Position numbers and translations under genes: made by a program. This document shows, one piece after another, positions 13,033 through 24,614 of a DNA stretch of 64,000 nt. Below the pieces are notes generated by a model. It was not told the DNA's origin and searched no databases. It was given only the letters and a program-made list of their open reading frames with translations. Origin of the DNA: Selaginella moellendorffii (taxonomy: Eukaryota > Plantae > Lycopodiophyta); NCBI RefSeq assembly GCF_000143415.4, contig NW_003314297.1, positions 1,356,461-1,420,460 on the forward strand, read 5' to 3'. Positions within the stretch are counted from its first letter, which is position 1. Each line of letters starts with the position of its first letter.

Positions 13033-14024
13033 ATTATTCGCACGCTACTCGCTACGATGCGGCTGTAAGAGGAAAACTGGAAAAAAAAGAAGAAACGAAA
13101 AGAGCAAAAAAAACCCGTCTTGTTAGACTAGAGAGAGAGAGAGAGAGAGCTCCTAGAGGAGACCATGTATTGATGCAATCATGTAACATACTAATGCCGT
13201 CATGATGTATAGAAAAAAGATGAGAAGCAAGGCAAGCAAGAAAAAGAGATGTCATACTCCTACCTTCATCCACCTTTGAGCCAGTGTACCTTAAAAAGAG
13301 TCGATTCCTTGCCATCGTTGTTTTGTTTTTCTTTTCCTCTTACAGCGGGATCAGCCTTTCCTTGAATCGGAAGCGTTGAATTCCTTACTTCACAGCGATG
13401 GTTGCGTGAAACTGTCCAGTTATAAGTCGGTCGGTCCGGGTACGTACATGACTCTGCCCCTGCCACCACTACTCCTGCCGCTGCCGCTGCTGCATGTACT
13501 GGTGTTTAAAGAGATCGCTTCCGAGGCCTTCCATTCCGAATTTTTACAAAGCGTTGAATCGCCTCCTAGCAAAAACACGCAACGGGGTCAAGGACGAGAA
13601 AGAGTGAAGCAAAGTTTACTTGAGTATTACTCGAGACCGGTGGCCATGGCGGTGCTGCTCTTTCCAGATTGGATGAACGAACAAGTAAAGTAGCTGGCCG
13701 CTGTGCCGCTGCTGGCTCCTGCTTTGCTCTCTCCCCCCTTGGACCTCTTTCCTTCTTTTGTATTTGAAGACACAAATGTATGTCTCCTGTCCGATCCGAT
13801 CTGATCAACTGCTCCTTGTGAGTCGCGAGAAAAATACAAAACAAAAAGCATCTCAAACATCTTGTCGTGGCTGCTGAGCCGGGAGCGAAATTAAAAATCG
13901 GGAGCGGTGGTTCCTCTCCGCCTACAACAAGAGACGCATTTTCGGTTAGAAAAGCGAAAAACTGCGTCGTCAGTACCTGAGCTCTCGTGCGTGGCTCCCC
14001 TCCCCCCACTCTCCTGGCTTAGAT

Positions 14025-16673
14025 TTACGTAAAGATTTCTCCTTTATCATCCCAATCTCGTGCTGTTGCATAGATGTTTGATAGCAACACCTTTCCAGCC
14101 AAACTGTCAGGATCCAGCTCCGCGACACGTTGGGCCGTACGCAGTGCCCGATCAGCGTCACCGTGGATCCTGCACGCCCCGAGCAGTGTCATCCAGTCCA
14201 CTGAGCAAGGCTCGGGCAAGTTGGCGACGAGAATTTCAGCTTCGTCCAGGTTGCCTGCCCGGCCAAGCAGATCGATGACGCAGTTGTAGTGGTCCACCGT
14301 AAGTTCCATGGAGTAGTCCGCGGTGATGGAGCCAAAGCACTTGCAGCCATCCTCAAACAACCCGGCGTGGCTGCAAACGAAGAGCATGCTGACGAACGTG
14401 ACATCGTTTGGCTGGATGCCATCCAGCTTCATCTGCATAAACACCTCGAGCGAGATCTCGTCGCGGCCGTGGTGTGAGTAAGTCGTGATCATGCTGTTCC
14501 AGGTAACCAGGTCTCTGCAGCGCATGCAGTCAAAGAGGCTTTCTGCGTCTTTCAGGCTCCCACATTTGCCATATAAGTTGATGAGCGAATTTTTGAGTCC
14601 CGTATCAGAGTCCAAGCCCCTAGAGACGATGCTCGCATGAACGGCCCTTCCCTGTTCCAGAGCCGTCAGGCTTGAACAAGCCTCAAGAACGCTCAAGAAC
14701 GTGACCCTGTCAGACTTCATCCCTTCTGGCTCCAGTCTGAAATACAATTCTAGCGCTTCCCGGTGACAGGCATGAAGAACATATGCGGAGATCATGGCCG
14801 TGCAGGAAACAACGTCTCGTGGGTGTATCCTGTCAAAGATATCCCTGGCAGTGGAAAGCTGTCCACATTTGCCATACATGTTGACCAGAGCGGTGGCCAC
14901 AAAACCCACGGACTCGAGTCCAGCAGCAACAATCTCAGCATGAATCTCCAAGCCCGCGGATAGCTGCCCCGTACTCGCACAGGCATCCAGCAGGGTGATA
15001 AATGTGATATCATTCGCCTTCACACCCTCTTCCTTCATCCCCTGGTAAAGTTGAAGCGCCTGTAAGCCATGCCCATGCTGGGTATGTGCACCTATGAGAG
15101 CACTCCAGGCGACTACATCCTTGCTCGCTAGCTTGTCAAACACAGCCTTTGCATCATCCAGGCTCCCGCACTGGCCGTACATCTTGACTAACGAGATTCC
15201 CACCGTCTGGACATCAATGCCGCAAGCAGCACTCCGGGCATGGACCGCTTTCCCCTCGCAAAGAAACCTGGCCGATGAAAATGCACCAAAGATGCTGTTG
15301 AAAGTGACTCCATCGGGCTTCACACCTTCGCAAGCCATCCACCTGAAAACCTGTAGAGCCTCGTGACTGTCCCCCTGTTCTGCATATCCGGCTATCAGAG
15401 CGTTCCAGGACAGTAAGTCGTTCCGGTCCATCTTGTTAAAGACGCTTCTTGCCCCAGTCAGACTTCCACACTTCCTGTACATGTTGACGAGCCCACTTGC
15501 TATCGAGTTGTCTATGTCGAATCCACCGGCGTGAAGCCTCTCATGCACCCGCATGCCTTGTCTGAGATCACCCAGGCAAGAGCAAGCGTCGATAAGGCTG
15601 ACAAACACGATCTTGTCCGGCTTGATCCCCTCCTGTTCCATCCTCCAGTACAGTTCCAGAGCATCCAGACTTTCACCGTGCTGGACACATGCCGCGATCA
15701 TGGCTGTCCACGAGACAACATCCTCTTTCTCCATTCTGCCGAAAACGCTCCGGGCATCGCCAAGGCTGCCACACTTCGCGTACATGTTCACAAGAGCAGT
15801 GTCGACAATGTGTGAGAGACTTGAGCTAGTAATACGAGAATGGATTCTCTTACCTTGAGCTAAGTCACCCACGCATGCACAAGCGTCGAGAGCACTCACG
15901 AGCGTAACTTCGGTTGGCTCAAACTCCATCCTCCAAAACAGCTCCAGCGCCTCACTTCCATACCCCTGCTGGGCGTAAGCACTGATCATCGCGTTCCACG
16001 AGACGTCGTTTCTCTTCTCCATCCCGTCAAAGACGCGCCGGGCATCCTCCAGGCCACTGCATTTACCATACATGGTGATTAGCGAGGTGCTCAAAACAAC
16101 AGTAAGTTGACGTACTTCGGCAAGAACTCGCGAGTGAATCGTTCTCCCTTCACTCAGCTCTCCAATGCCCGAGCAAGCGCCCACCGCTCCAACAAACGTC
16201 ACAACATTTGGCTTCACTCCTTCCAGATCCATCCTCTTGAAAATCTGGAGAGCTTTCACCGGCTGGGAATTGAAGACGTAAGCCGTGATCATGATATTCC
16301 ACGAGAAAACGTTCTTGCAAGAGATTTTCTCGAAGACCTGGACCGCTTCCTGGACGCTCTGGCACCTGCTGTACATGTTTACCAGATGATTCGCGAGAAA
16401 AATATCGCCGCCCAGCCATCGCTGAGCGATCAGGCGATGGATCCGCCTCCCGATCGACAGCAGCCTACAGGATTGCAGCAGCGAGGCGTAGAGAGATTTG
16501 TCCGCCCCGGGTTCTTGCTCCAATCGAGCTACCTGAGATTCTAAACTCCTCTTGCGATCGTCTCCATCAAAATATCCACATCCAGAGCTAGGAATCGACG
16601 CATACGACGCGAAATGGCGCTTACCGGTTACCACATTGCCCTCCTTCCCTCGCCAGCGGCAGCGTCTCATCAC
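14025..16673 (-). CDS. PLS-class PPR protein with E domain, no DYW (organellar RNA-editing factor type)
   Basis: Intronless 882 aa ORF with repeated LVNMYxKCG / VSWNAMI / PDxVTF motifs, ending WMTLLGACRIHGD...VLLSNIYA. Confidence 0.95.
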   Translation of the reverse strand: MMRRCRWRGKEGNVVTGKRHFASYASIPSSGCGYFDGDDRKRSLESQVARLEQEPGADKSLYASLLQSCRLLSIGRRIHRLIAQRWLGGDIFLANHLVNMYSRCQSVQEAVQVFEKISCKNVFSWNIMITAYVFNSQPVKALQIFKRMDLEGVKPNVVTFVGAVGACSGIGELSEGRTIHSRVLAEVRQLTVVLSTSLITMYGKCSGLEDARRVFDGMEKRNDVSWNAMISAYAQQGYGSEALELFWRMEFEPTEVTLVSALDACACVGDLAQGKRIHSRITSSSLSHIVDTALVNMYAKCGSLGDARSVFGRMEKEDVVSWTAMIAACVQHGESLDALELYWRMEQEGIKPDKIVFVSLIDACSCLGDLRQGMRVHERLHAGGFDIDNSIASGLVNMYRKCGSLTGARSVFNKMDRNDLLSWNALIAGYAEQGDSHEALQVFRWMACEGVKPDGVTFNSIFGAFSSARFLCEGKAVHARSAACGIDVQTVGISLVKMYGQCGSLDDAKAVFDKLASKDVVAWSALIGAHTQHGHGLQALQLYQGMKEEGVKANDITFITLLDACASTGQLSAGLEIHAEIVAAGLESVGFVATALVNMYGKCGQLSTARDIFDRIHPRDVVSCTAMISAYVLHACHREALELYFRLEPEGMKSDRVTFLSVLEACSSLTALEQGRAVHASIVSRGLDSDTGLKNSLINLYGKCGSLKDAESLFDCMRCRDLVTWNSMITTYSHHGRDEISLEVFMQMKLDGIQPNDVTFVSMLFVCSHAGLFEDGCKCFGSITADYSMELTVDHYNCVIDLLGRAGNLDEAEILVANLPEPCSVDWMTLLGACRIHGDADRALRTAQRVAELDPDSLAGKVLLSNIYATARDWDDKGEIFT

Positions 16674-17272
16674 ATTGTGGAAAGAACCCTAAAACCCTGG
16701 ACAAATAGAACTTTATGCTGTGGCGCATCGTGGCCGTTCAAATCCCAGCAATATGAGGGGACATCGCATTGCTGGGAATTGAGGCGAGCGCTAGGTCAAA
16801 TATTTCGCGCGCGAGGCGGCGAATCCAGGCTCCCAGGGGGCGGACGGCAGCGAGCGATTTGCTGGATTCGAGCGTTTTCGGTCAAAGTCTTGTGATTCGG
16901 GAAGAATGTGTTGGATTTCGAGGTACTGATCGGCGAGAACAGTGAGGTAAGCGCTAGTTCTGAGGTTTTCTAGCGGCGCTGTTGCTTGCTCTGGATTTTT
17001 GAAACCCTGTTCCTTTAGCGTTCTTAGAATGTGGCTTTACTTTCATTTTGTTCTGAGAAGCTCGAGTCTTTTGCTTATCCACTTTCATAGAGTTTTTTTT
17101 TCGTGTCTCTGTGCTTTTCTCTTCCTTTGACAGTTTCAACCAGTATTTCTCTTCTGTTCGTATGATTCTAGATGTAACTTTCTCGTTTTTGGCGTGAGGG
17201 TCCACAATTCTCTGTGCTTTTATGTACTTGTCATCAAAGATCTAAGGTTTCTTGTTTCTTTCACAGGGGAGA

Positions 17273-18040
17273 ATGGTAATACCAGTTAGTGCAAGGCCCA
17301 ACATCTGGAACTCGACACTTCCGGCCCAGGAAACCGAGCTAGCTGATCAAGAAGTGGACAGAACCACAACACTCTTCTCTTATGACGAAGGCCAGTATTT
17401 GTCCGAGGACGAAGATGGCGCCAAGGAGCAGGCACGCAAAGACACCCTCAAGCTCCAAGAGGAAGCAATGCGGTGTGCTCAGTCACTAGAAGACACTGAG
17501 GGGCTGGAAGAGGTGGCCATGTTTAGCGACAAGATGCTCAGCTATGGCAGCGGATTCGGCTCCTTCAGATCAGCTCCAGGGGATCACTTTCTGGCATCCA
17601 GCAATGGAACTCAGGCGGACGAAGCCGAGGAAGAGCGGCTAGTTTCGGCGTCCAGTGCTACGTCTCCAGCATGGTACCGAGGGGATTTGTCGAGCCACTG
17701 TGGCCGGGGCTGCTGTGGAAGTCCGTGGCAGACGTATACACCGACGAGAAGCTTGCTCGGCGGCGTCGAGTACGTCGAAGAGGAGCTCCTCTCGGCGAAG
17801 AAGCCGTGGAGGGGCAGCAGCGCATCCCAAAGCTCGAGGGATCTGGTGAGTGCGAGCGCCGTCCAGAGTTTGCTGGTTGCAAAGCTCAAGCAGAGGAGCG
17901 GTATGGGCGGCGGCGGCGGCAGCAGCGACAGTGGCACCAGCGTCTCGAGCATCGTACAAGAGATTCTAGCGAGGGAGATTAGCGAGCAGACCGCAATAGT
18001 TCTGCAAGCTCTGGAGCAAGCGCAGCATTCAAGCTTCTAA
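17273..18040 (+). CDS. Hypothetical acidic/Ser-rich protein, preceded by a probable 5' intron (~16946-17266)
   Basis: ~255-codon open frame with coding-like composition; T-rich upstream segment bounded by GTAAG and TTCACAG; no family recognised. Confidence 0.6.
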   Translation: MVIPVSARPNIWNSTLPAQETELADQEVDRTTTLFSYDEGQYLSEDEDGAKEQARKDTLKLQEEAMRCAQSLEDTEGLEEVAMFSDKMLSYGSGFGSFRSAPGDHFLASSNGTQADEAEEERLVSASSATSPAWYRGDLSSHCGRGCCGSPWQTYTPTRSLLGGVEYVEEELLSAKKPWRGSSASQSSRDLVSASAVQSLLVAKLKQRSGMGGGGGSSDSGTSVSSIVQEILAREISEQTAIVLQALEQAQHSSF

Positions 18041-18185
18041 AAGAGTTAATAAGTTTATTATTTCAAAGCTTTCAATTCTAAACATTGGTTAGTAGCTAAA
18101 CCAATAGAGTTTATCTTTAAAACAATAGCATATGCTCGCGTATATTCACTTCCCCCCCTTTTGAGAATTAGGGCTTTCAGGTGAA

Positions 18186-18797
18186 ATGGTGATAGTCTAC
18201 GCCGGGCCAGAGATGGAGGAGGCGGAACGGAAGTTACACAGGCATGCCCTTATTTTTTTCTTCTGGAGGAACTCCGGCATCACCATAACCTGCGATCTTG
18301 TCAAGGAGTGGATCAATGCGACAATCGGCATCAAAACAGAGGCAATTCTTTTGTGTCGCGACCAGGGTAATGGCTTCTTTCTTGTCTACTTCGATCGGAA
18401 GCGTTCCCGCGACCTAGTCCTCGCAACGACGGCCCGGCCGATCGGGATTGCCGTGAAAGCTTGCAGCTTCCCGTGGTGCGCCGCCGCAGTCAACGATAAG
18501 GGCGAGGAGTGCTGGCCACGGATGTTGGAGCTTTCGGGGCTTCCGGATGTGTGGCTCATGCTTCTAGACGTGATCGGAAACGCGCTGGGGACCTACGTTG
18601 GAGTGCTGGATCCGGACACGCCCCGGATAGCCGTCATGCTGCCCGTCTCCCGGAGGCTACCATTTCACGTCAAGCTGGAAGTGAGAAAGGGCGTGTTTGT
18701 GAGGCAGCCCGTTGTCGAGTTCCGGGAGGATTGCTTCGATCAGGGGCTTCGACGAGGACGACGGGTATCTCACAGAGCACGAAGATCATCATCATAA
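18186..18797 (+). CDS. DUF4283-like (LINE ORF1-type) domain, probably the N-terminal part of the downstream F-box/Kelch gene
   Basis: GNGFFLVYF, LELSGLP...LDVIGNALGTYVG, PRIAV, LPFHVKL...VRQPVVEF follow the DUF4283/plant L1 ORF1 pattern; overlaps the next ORF in the +1 frame. Confidence 0.7.
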   Translation: MVIVYAGPEMEEAERKLHRHALIFFFWRNSGITITCDLVKEWINATIGIKTEAILLCRDQGNGFFLVYFDRKRSRDLVLATTARPIGIAVKACSFPWCAAAVNDKGEECWPRMLELSGLPDVWLMLLDVIGNALGTYVGVLDPDTPRIAVMLPVSRRLPFHVKLEVRKGVFVRQPVVEFREDCFDQGLRRGRRVSHRARRSSS

Positions 18798-19980
18798 TCA
18801 GCCGAGGCATCCGAATCCTCAAGACGGTCGTGATCATCAATCCGGCGGTGCCCCGACTTCTTCTTCAGAGCTCATCCCCGGCCTCGGACACCAGGAAGCC
18901 ATGCTGTGCCTCGCCAGACTCCCGCGATCCGAGCGCTTGGTCTTCTACACGGTGAGCAAAGCGTTCTATCAACTGGTGCGCAGTGGGAAGCTCGAGAGCT
19001 GGAGGCGCAGTGTCGGCGTCGTTATGGAGCGGCATTGTTTTGTTTGCCTCACCACTCCAGGAGGAGGTTGCTGCTGGAAGGGCGTCTGCCTGGATACAGG
19101 GAAATGGTGGCCGCTTCCGCCTCGAGCTCAAGACGGTGACGAGCTTTTCGGGAGCGTTATGACTGGAACGCAGCTCCTGGTGCTGGGACGCCACAGCCTG
19201 TGGACTTACTGCTTGAGATCTGACAAATGGCTCGCTCCTGCCACCCCTCCTGCGTACGAGTGTGCCTTTGGCAGTAGCGAGCACACAGCATTTGTTGCGG
19301 GCGGGATCGACGAGCAAGGCTTTGCTTCCACAGCCGCTGCAGTGTATACAAGCACCACGTCGTCGTGGAAGTTCCTCCCAGACACGAATAAGGCAAGACG
19401 ATCTTGCTCCGGAGTGTGTATGGACGGGAAGATCTACGTGCTTGGAGGGGTCTCCCAAACAGGCCTGCCAATGTACTGCGGGGAGGAATTCGACCCGGCG
19501 CTCAAAAGCTGGACAGTGATCGACAATATGGTGCCTTGGTCTGAGCATCACATGCGCCCTCTCGTCACGGTGCTGGACAACGAGCTGTTTGGTCTGAACA
19601 CTAGAACTAAGAGCCTCGTGATTTATTGCAAGCGAAGCAATACATGGAAAGCTATTTCCAGAGCTCGGAGTTACGCTGAGCTTCAATACAGAGCGAGGGG
19701 TGAGTCCAACAGCTGGGACGTGGCTGGAAATACACTTTTTACTTCTATAAATGGGAGTTTGATCATCATAAATGGAAGGTACACTTTTTACTTTTATAAC
19801 AGGGAGCTTCATCATTGTCCTGGGAGCCACCGGAGGATGTCCTCCAGCCTCTGCTGGAAGGAGGCAGTGACCAGGAGGACGAGGAGGAGGAAACGCTCCC
19901 TGGGCAACGATGGAGATTCCAGGCGGGTTGTGCAAGCTGTGTGCTGTGATGGCTGGATAGTGTTCTGCAAGCTGTGCTGA
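18712..19980 (+). CDS. F-box/Kelch-repeat protein (SKIP11-like)
   Basis: F-box LIPGLGHQEAMLCLARLP; Kelch motifs AFVAGG, WKFLPDTNKARRSCSGVCMDGKIYVLGG, CGEEFDP...W; no in-frame ATG upstream of the F-box. Confidence 0.88.
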   Translation: MSSSGRIASIRGFDEDDGYLTEHEDHHHNQPRHPNPQDGRDHQSGGAPTSSSELIPGLGHQEAMLCLARLPRSERLVFYTVSKAFYQLVRSGKLESWRRSVGVVMERHCFVCLTTPGGGCCWKGVCLDTGKWWPLPPRAQDGDELFGSVMTGTQLLVLGRHSLWTYCLRSDKWLAPATPPAYECAFGSSEHTAFVAGGIDEQGFASTAAAVYTSTTSSWKFLPDTNKARRSCSGVCMDGKIYVLGGVSQTGLPMYCGEEFDPALKSWTVIDNMVPWSEHHMRPLVTVLDNELFGLNTRTKSLVIYCKRSNTWKAISRARSYAELQYRARGESNSWDVAGNTLFTSINGSLIIINGRYTFYFYNRELHHCPGSHRRMSSSLCWKEAVTRRTRRRKRSLGNDGDSRRVVQAVCCDGWIVFCKLC

Positions 19981-22598
19981 TGGCTGTATAGTCTATCTAT
20001 TTTTTACTATGCCACTTGTTGGGGTTGTATGGTCACCATGATACACGGAGCGAGAAAAAACAGACTACATTTACCTTTGCCAAATTTCACCAGAAATATA
20101 TGTATGGTTGTTTTTCTCCTCCATCAGTCATGAATTTCCAATGAAATCTATATTGTTTTATTACTGTTAGAAACCGCTTTTGGAAATTAATGTGAAACCA
20201 CATCTAAAACTATGCAAATATTGCCAAGAGATATTATAGTGAGGGAAATCTACAAACTTCCCTTGATAAACTCTTAGTAGAAAGAATGTACGTATGATCA
20301 AAATGCATATGTGCTATCTAGTGTGTTTGTTTATCTCTGGCCTACCACTAGAAATGTGATGTCTAAGGGAAAAAAAAAAAAAAACAAAGTAAACACCAAG
20401 TTTGAACATTATATTAGTAATACTTTACTGTGAAATAAGTTTTAATATAGCCATTAACTTCAAGTGAGAAGATCTTTTTTAGTAATGCATAACATACATT
20501 TCCTGAGAACCAAAAATATAGAACATAATGGAAGTTATATAGTTTTAATATACCTGGATTATTCATATCTATCACCACACATTTGTATTTGCTTTAGAGA
20601 TGGAGCCATTCATACAAGAACTTCCATATGAAGTGATGCTTTCATCTATTATGTTTAGTGAGTTCCCATCTTTGAAACCAAACACACTTTTTAAGGTGAG
20701 GATCCATATCTACTTTATTGTTGCCAGAACTTGATTGTGAGAGCAAAACAACAATACCTCAATCTATAGAAATATCTCTTTGTGTTGTTTTTAGTGCAAC
20801 AAAGTAGAATCCTAAGATTTTCTTCAGTCTCTCTAGTGGTAGTATCTCATCCTTAAGGTAGCAACTAAATGGTTGTGAAAAATGATCTATAGAAAAGTAA
20901 GATAAGTGGAATAATAATAACAATAGTAGTATAGAAATAAAAAATATTGATTTGTTAGGAGACATTTAGTGTTGGTGGAGTGTGGAAGGACATTGATATT
21001 TTAGCCAAGTAGGAAACTTAGAAGGATTAAGAGAATGGTGTTAAAAACATTCAAACTAACGTTTAAACTTTAGAGCTCAATGGTACATGAGTCTATTTTA
21101 GAAAAATACAATAGAATATAGAGATTCAAGGAAAGTCATTATTACCAAAGCTCACAGAGGTATGTATTTTTGAAAACACACTTTTATAAGTATATAGTTT
21201 TCTCATTGAATTTTAAAATTTTTTTTTGCAAGCTCAATATTGGATGCATATATCATTGAACCAATACATGCTCTTACACTTAATAATTACAAGAAAATTA
21301 GCAAGGAAGTTTTTGGAGCCTAGAAAAAAACTAAAGTAGAAGCTACAGGTTAAGTTTCCTTATCATGGTATGCTTCATATCAATCAATGTAATAATACAA
21401 TTAAAGCTCATATCTATAATTACAACAATGTTTTGTGAATATACCTATAGTATTTATATTGGAGTATAATTTGGGATAAGGCCATCTCATTAACAACTTC
21501 ATTTATGAAGAGTGTGGAAATTTCTAGGTATATAGTGTTGAAAGTGTGTTCCAGACTTTGTATGATATCCCAATCAATAGCATAGTTATGAAAATAATAT
21601 GGTTGAAACATTATATAAAATGTATATTGATTTTTTGTATGATTTATATTACTTAAACTACCACTATTTTTCACACATTTATTATGTTTAAACTCTCACC
21701 TCTCTAAAGTGTAACGCATGTGATCATAAAATGAGATTTGGATACATTGTCATCATAAATTCTTAGAACCTTGAGGGATATATGAAGTGTTTTTTATTAA
21801 AGTAATTGCCCCTTTTTCAGATGGCTTAAGGGAAGAAGATGGTATAAATACAATTTCTATTGATTAGTGGCTATTTATAAATATAATATACCTTTGAGTA
21901 ATGTATGTATAGGGCATCTTATATTGTTAAGAAAATATTGCTCTTAAATATAAATGACAATTACAAAATTTAAAAAAATAATGGTTTTTTTATCCATAAT
22001 AGAACAAGTCACAACTCTTAGTATTTCTAAATTTGGATTATCTCCAAGTTTTTTGCATATACTACAATAAGTAACAAGTATTAGTGGGGGACAAAAAACA
22101 AGATAACTTACCAGCATTGAGTTAGTCTTTAAGTGGTTAGAAGTAATCATAATAGCAACAAAAACCCTTGCAAGCCAATGGAATCCCTCCCAATTGCATC
22201 ACCCTCATCGAGATCATCCCAACCTGCACAACTCTCCACTCCATCCACTTGGGCAATTGTATCCACGAGTGGAACATTGGTTTGGGCCTTCACTGAGACT
22301 CTACCCTTGGCACCATACTCGGTTTTACTTCCAGTTTTAGTTCTAGGAGATCTTTTATTTCCAATTCTAGTTAAAGGCATTTTAGTTTTCAAGCTAGTCA
22401 TCTTGGGATTTGAGTGAGCTCTGAAATGAGAGTTCAGCCATCATCCAGGGGAAGAGTATGAGGAGGAGCTCGCAAACTCAGTATCAAGGAAGAACTAAGG
22501 AAGAAACATGCTCTCAATTGGATAAGAGGCTTTGATTGAGCTCAAAGCTATGGAGTGTGCAAAATGGAGGGTTATGACTTGACAAAAGAAAAATTCTA

Positions 22599-23178
22599 GA
22601 TAGTGTTCATAATATGCAAGTATGGCAAAAGTCTACTATTCGACAGCAAATAGAGTCTTGTTTGGTGTTGCAAGAACCAGAAATTAATGTGACTGGCCAT
22701 GACATCCAGCCTTAGATAAAGCATATCAACTTAAAGCTTTTATGATGACACCATTCTTATGATAAAAGTCTTTTATGTAGCTTCTCACTTTCATTTTCTA
22801 GAGTTATCATTATCCTTTGGTAAGAAGGAATTCAATAAGCAACACCATTGAGTTTGAGTTATTGTGGAGCGGTGTTTTGGACTCTTGAAGTAAAAATTCA
22901 AGTGTCTTGTCTCTTGATTATGAATGAAATCAACATGTTTACCAAACGTCATGAAAGCATGTTGTGTTTTACACAACCTTCTGATAGACCTTGAAGATGC
23001 AGATACAAATGGAAAACTCATGGCACTTGAGCACAAGATGACGCAAAGAGAGGAGAATAGAGAGCATATTGAATATGGAGATCCTCAACATGCTCATACT
23101 GAACCAGACGAAAATCTGATAACACCTACTGGAATTGAAGTACAAGACACTCTAGTGCTGTACCTTTGTAGTATTTGA
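22599..23178 (+). mobile_element. PIF/Harbinger (HARBI1, DDE_Tnp_4) transposase C-terminal remnant
   Basis: DSVHNMQVWQKS..., DKAYQLKAFMMTPF, KEFNKQH, VIVERCFGLLK*KFKCL, ACCVLHNLLID, with stops and frameshifts. Confidence 0.85.
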
Positions 23179-23236
23179 AAGATCTGAATAATATTATCTA
23201 TTCACCTTTCTTTCAATTACAATGATTTGTATTTTA

Positions 23237-23623
23237 TTAAGACTCTGGAAACTTAATCTTGTAGGCAAATCTGTGAGCTATTGCTTTTGTTGTCTCTAGA
23301 ATGATCTCGTGCACTATAGCCTCTCCAAACGCAAACTGCTCAGCAAGCTCATTGTAGTTGAGGTTCTTCATTAGCTTATAGAGCATGACTGCAAGGTGAA
23401 TGGGAACCAGAACCAAATGCCTATAGTGTGTGTTCTGCTTTTCCATGTCACTCTTGATTTTCAACTTCCACTTCCAGTGTGAGTCATCATAGGTGTCGAG
23501 CATGAAAAAGTCCCACCACACAAAGCTCCTTGGCTTCACCCACCATAAACCAAGATTCCTGTATATGGGCAGCTGCAAATGAGCAGTTAGTAGCCTAATA
23601 TGTAGCTCATAATGCACTTGCAT
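23237..23623 (-). mobile_element. PIF/Harbinger transposase N-terminal remnant (HTH_Tnp_4 region)
   Basis: WWVKPRS..WW, QNTHYR...LAVMLYKL...YNELAEQF...IKFP. Confidence 0.8.
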
Positions 23624-24374
23624 TGCCTAACCACATAACAATCCTCCATTGCACCTAGTCACTAACTCTTTCCACATAAGAAAGTTAAGATGAAAAACCA
23701 CTTGCAATGTGGTACAAATATGAAAGACTTTTGAAGTGAAGAAAAGGTTGATCATTTTTGGCTGTCCTTTATAGAATTGTAGGTGCTGGTCAATAGAAGT
23801 GTGCCACGTGATATGTTAATACTACCAAGATTGCTATGCAACAATTAAAAAGTTTTGAGCACTAATCTGCAAAAAATTTTTCATCTTCTTTAGTGTAATT
23901 CACAAGAGGCTATTAACTAAGAGAATCCGAGGTCAGGATAGAGCCATCAATCTCTTCCATAGCAATTCTCTATATCTCTAGAAGGTCCACCAGCAGCTCA
24001 ATAAAGTTCTTTTCCTTTAATTTAAAGTATGAGCTTGTTTCTCTCTAAAATTACTATACCCTTCTTATCCTCTAAGATTTCTGCCTAATCAATCTTCCCA
24101 ACAAGTTAGTAAGTTGTTCTAACAACCTAGTAATCCTTTAAATCAAAATATTTAGGCTTGCCAATGTCCCAAAGATCTAAATCTTGTGTAAGAAGAGAAG
24201 GAATCCATTATTGTTAAATGAGGTTGTGGTTTTAAAGTTCTCTCATGTAAATGATAAGAGAAAAAATATAAATATAAGCAATAAAAAAGAACAACTTGAG
24301 AAATAATCCATTAGAGAATACAGAGTAAAGAGAAGACAAATACATGACATAATTGGTCTAACCAGAAATCCTTT

Positions 24375-24614
24375 TTAATGCTTCAAACTCAAAAACAAGA
24401 GATTGTAGCCTACCTTCTGCCATATGATACATAACTTATATAGCTTCTTGTCATTAACTTCACAACATTGCACAATTGATTGTTGAATTGTTGTAAAACT
24501 ATATCCAAACTTATGAGCAATTTCTTCAAAGTTAGTATTAATTCTCAACCTAGTCAAAGCAATTGAAAGCTTTGTCTTTAAAGGGATTATTTTCCTGAAT
24601 CTGTTTATATACAA
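24375..24614 (-). mobile_element. Second Harbinger-type HTH_Tnp_4 remnant
   Basis: NRFRKIIPLKTKLSIALTRLRINTNFEEIAHKFGYSFTTI. Confidence 0.7.

Noticed and set aside
13620-13660. PWPPV peptide resembling an Aux/IAA degron
   Set aside because: Lacks the GWPPV glycine and any PB1 domain
8600-14000. Conserved miRNA precursors in intergenic gaps
   Set aside because: No mature sequence of the conserved families I know (miR156/159/160/166/171/319/396/408) was spotted by eye; lineage-specific miRNAs cannot be excluded without folding and small-RNA data
18865-19935. 356 aa antisense ORF
   Set aside because: Lies opposite the F-box/Kelch CDS and has no motifs
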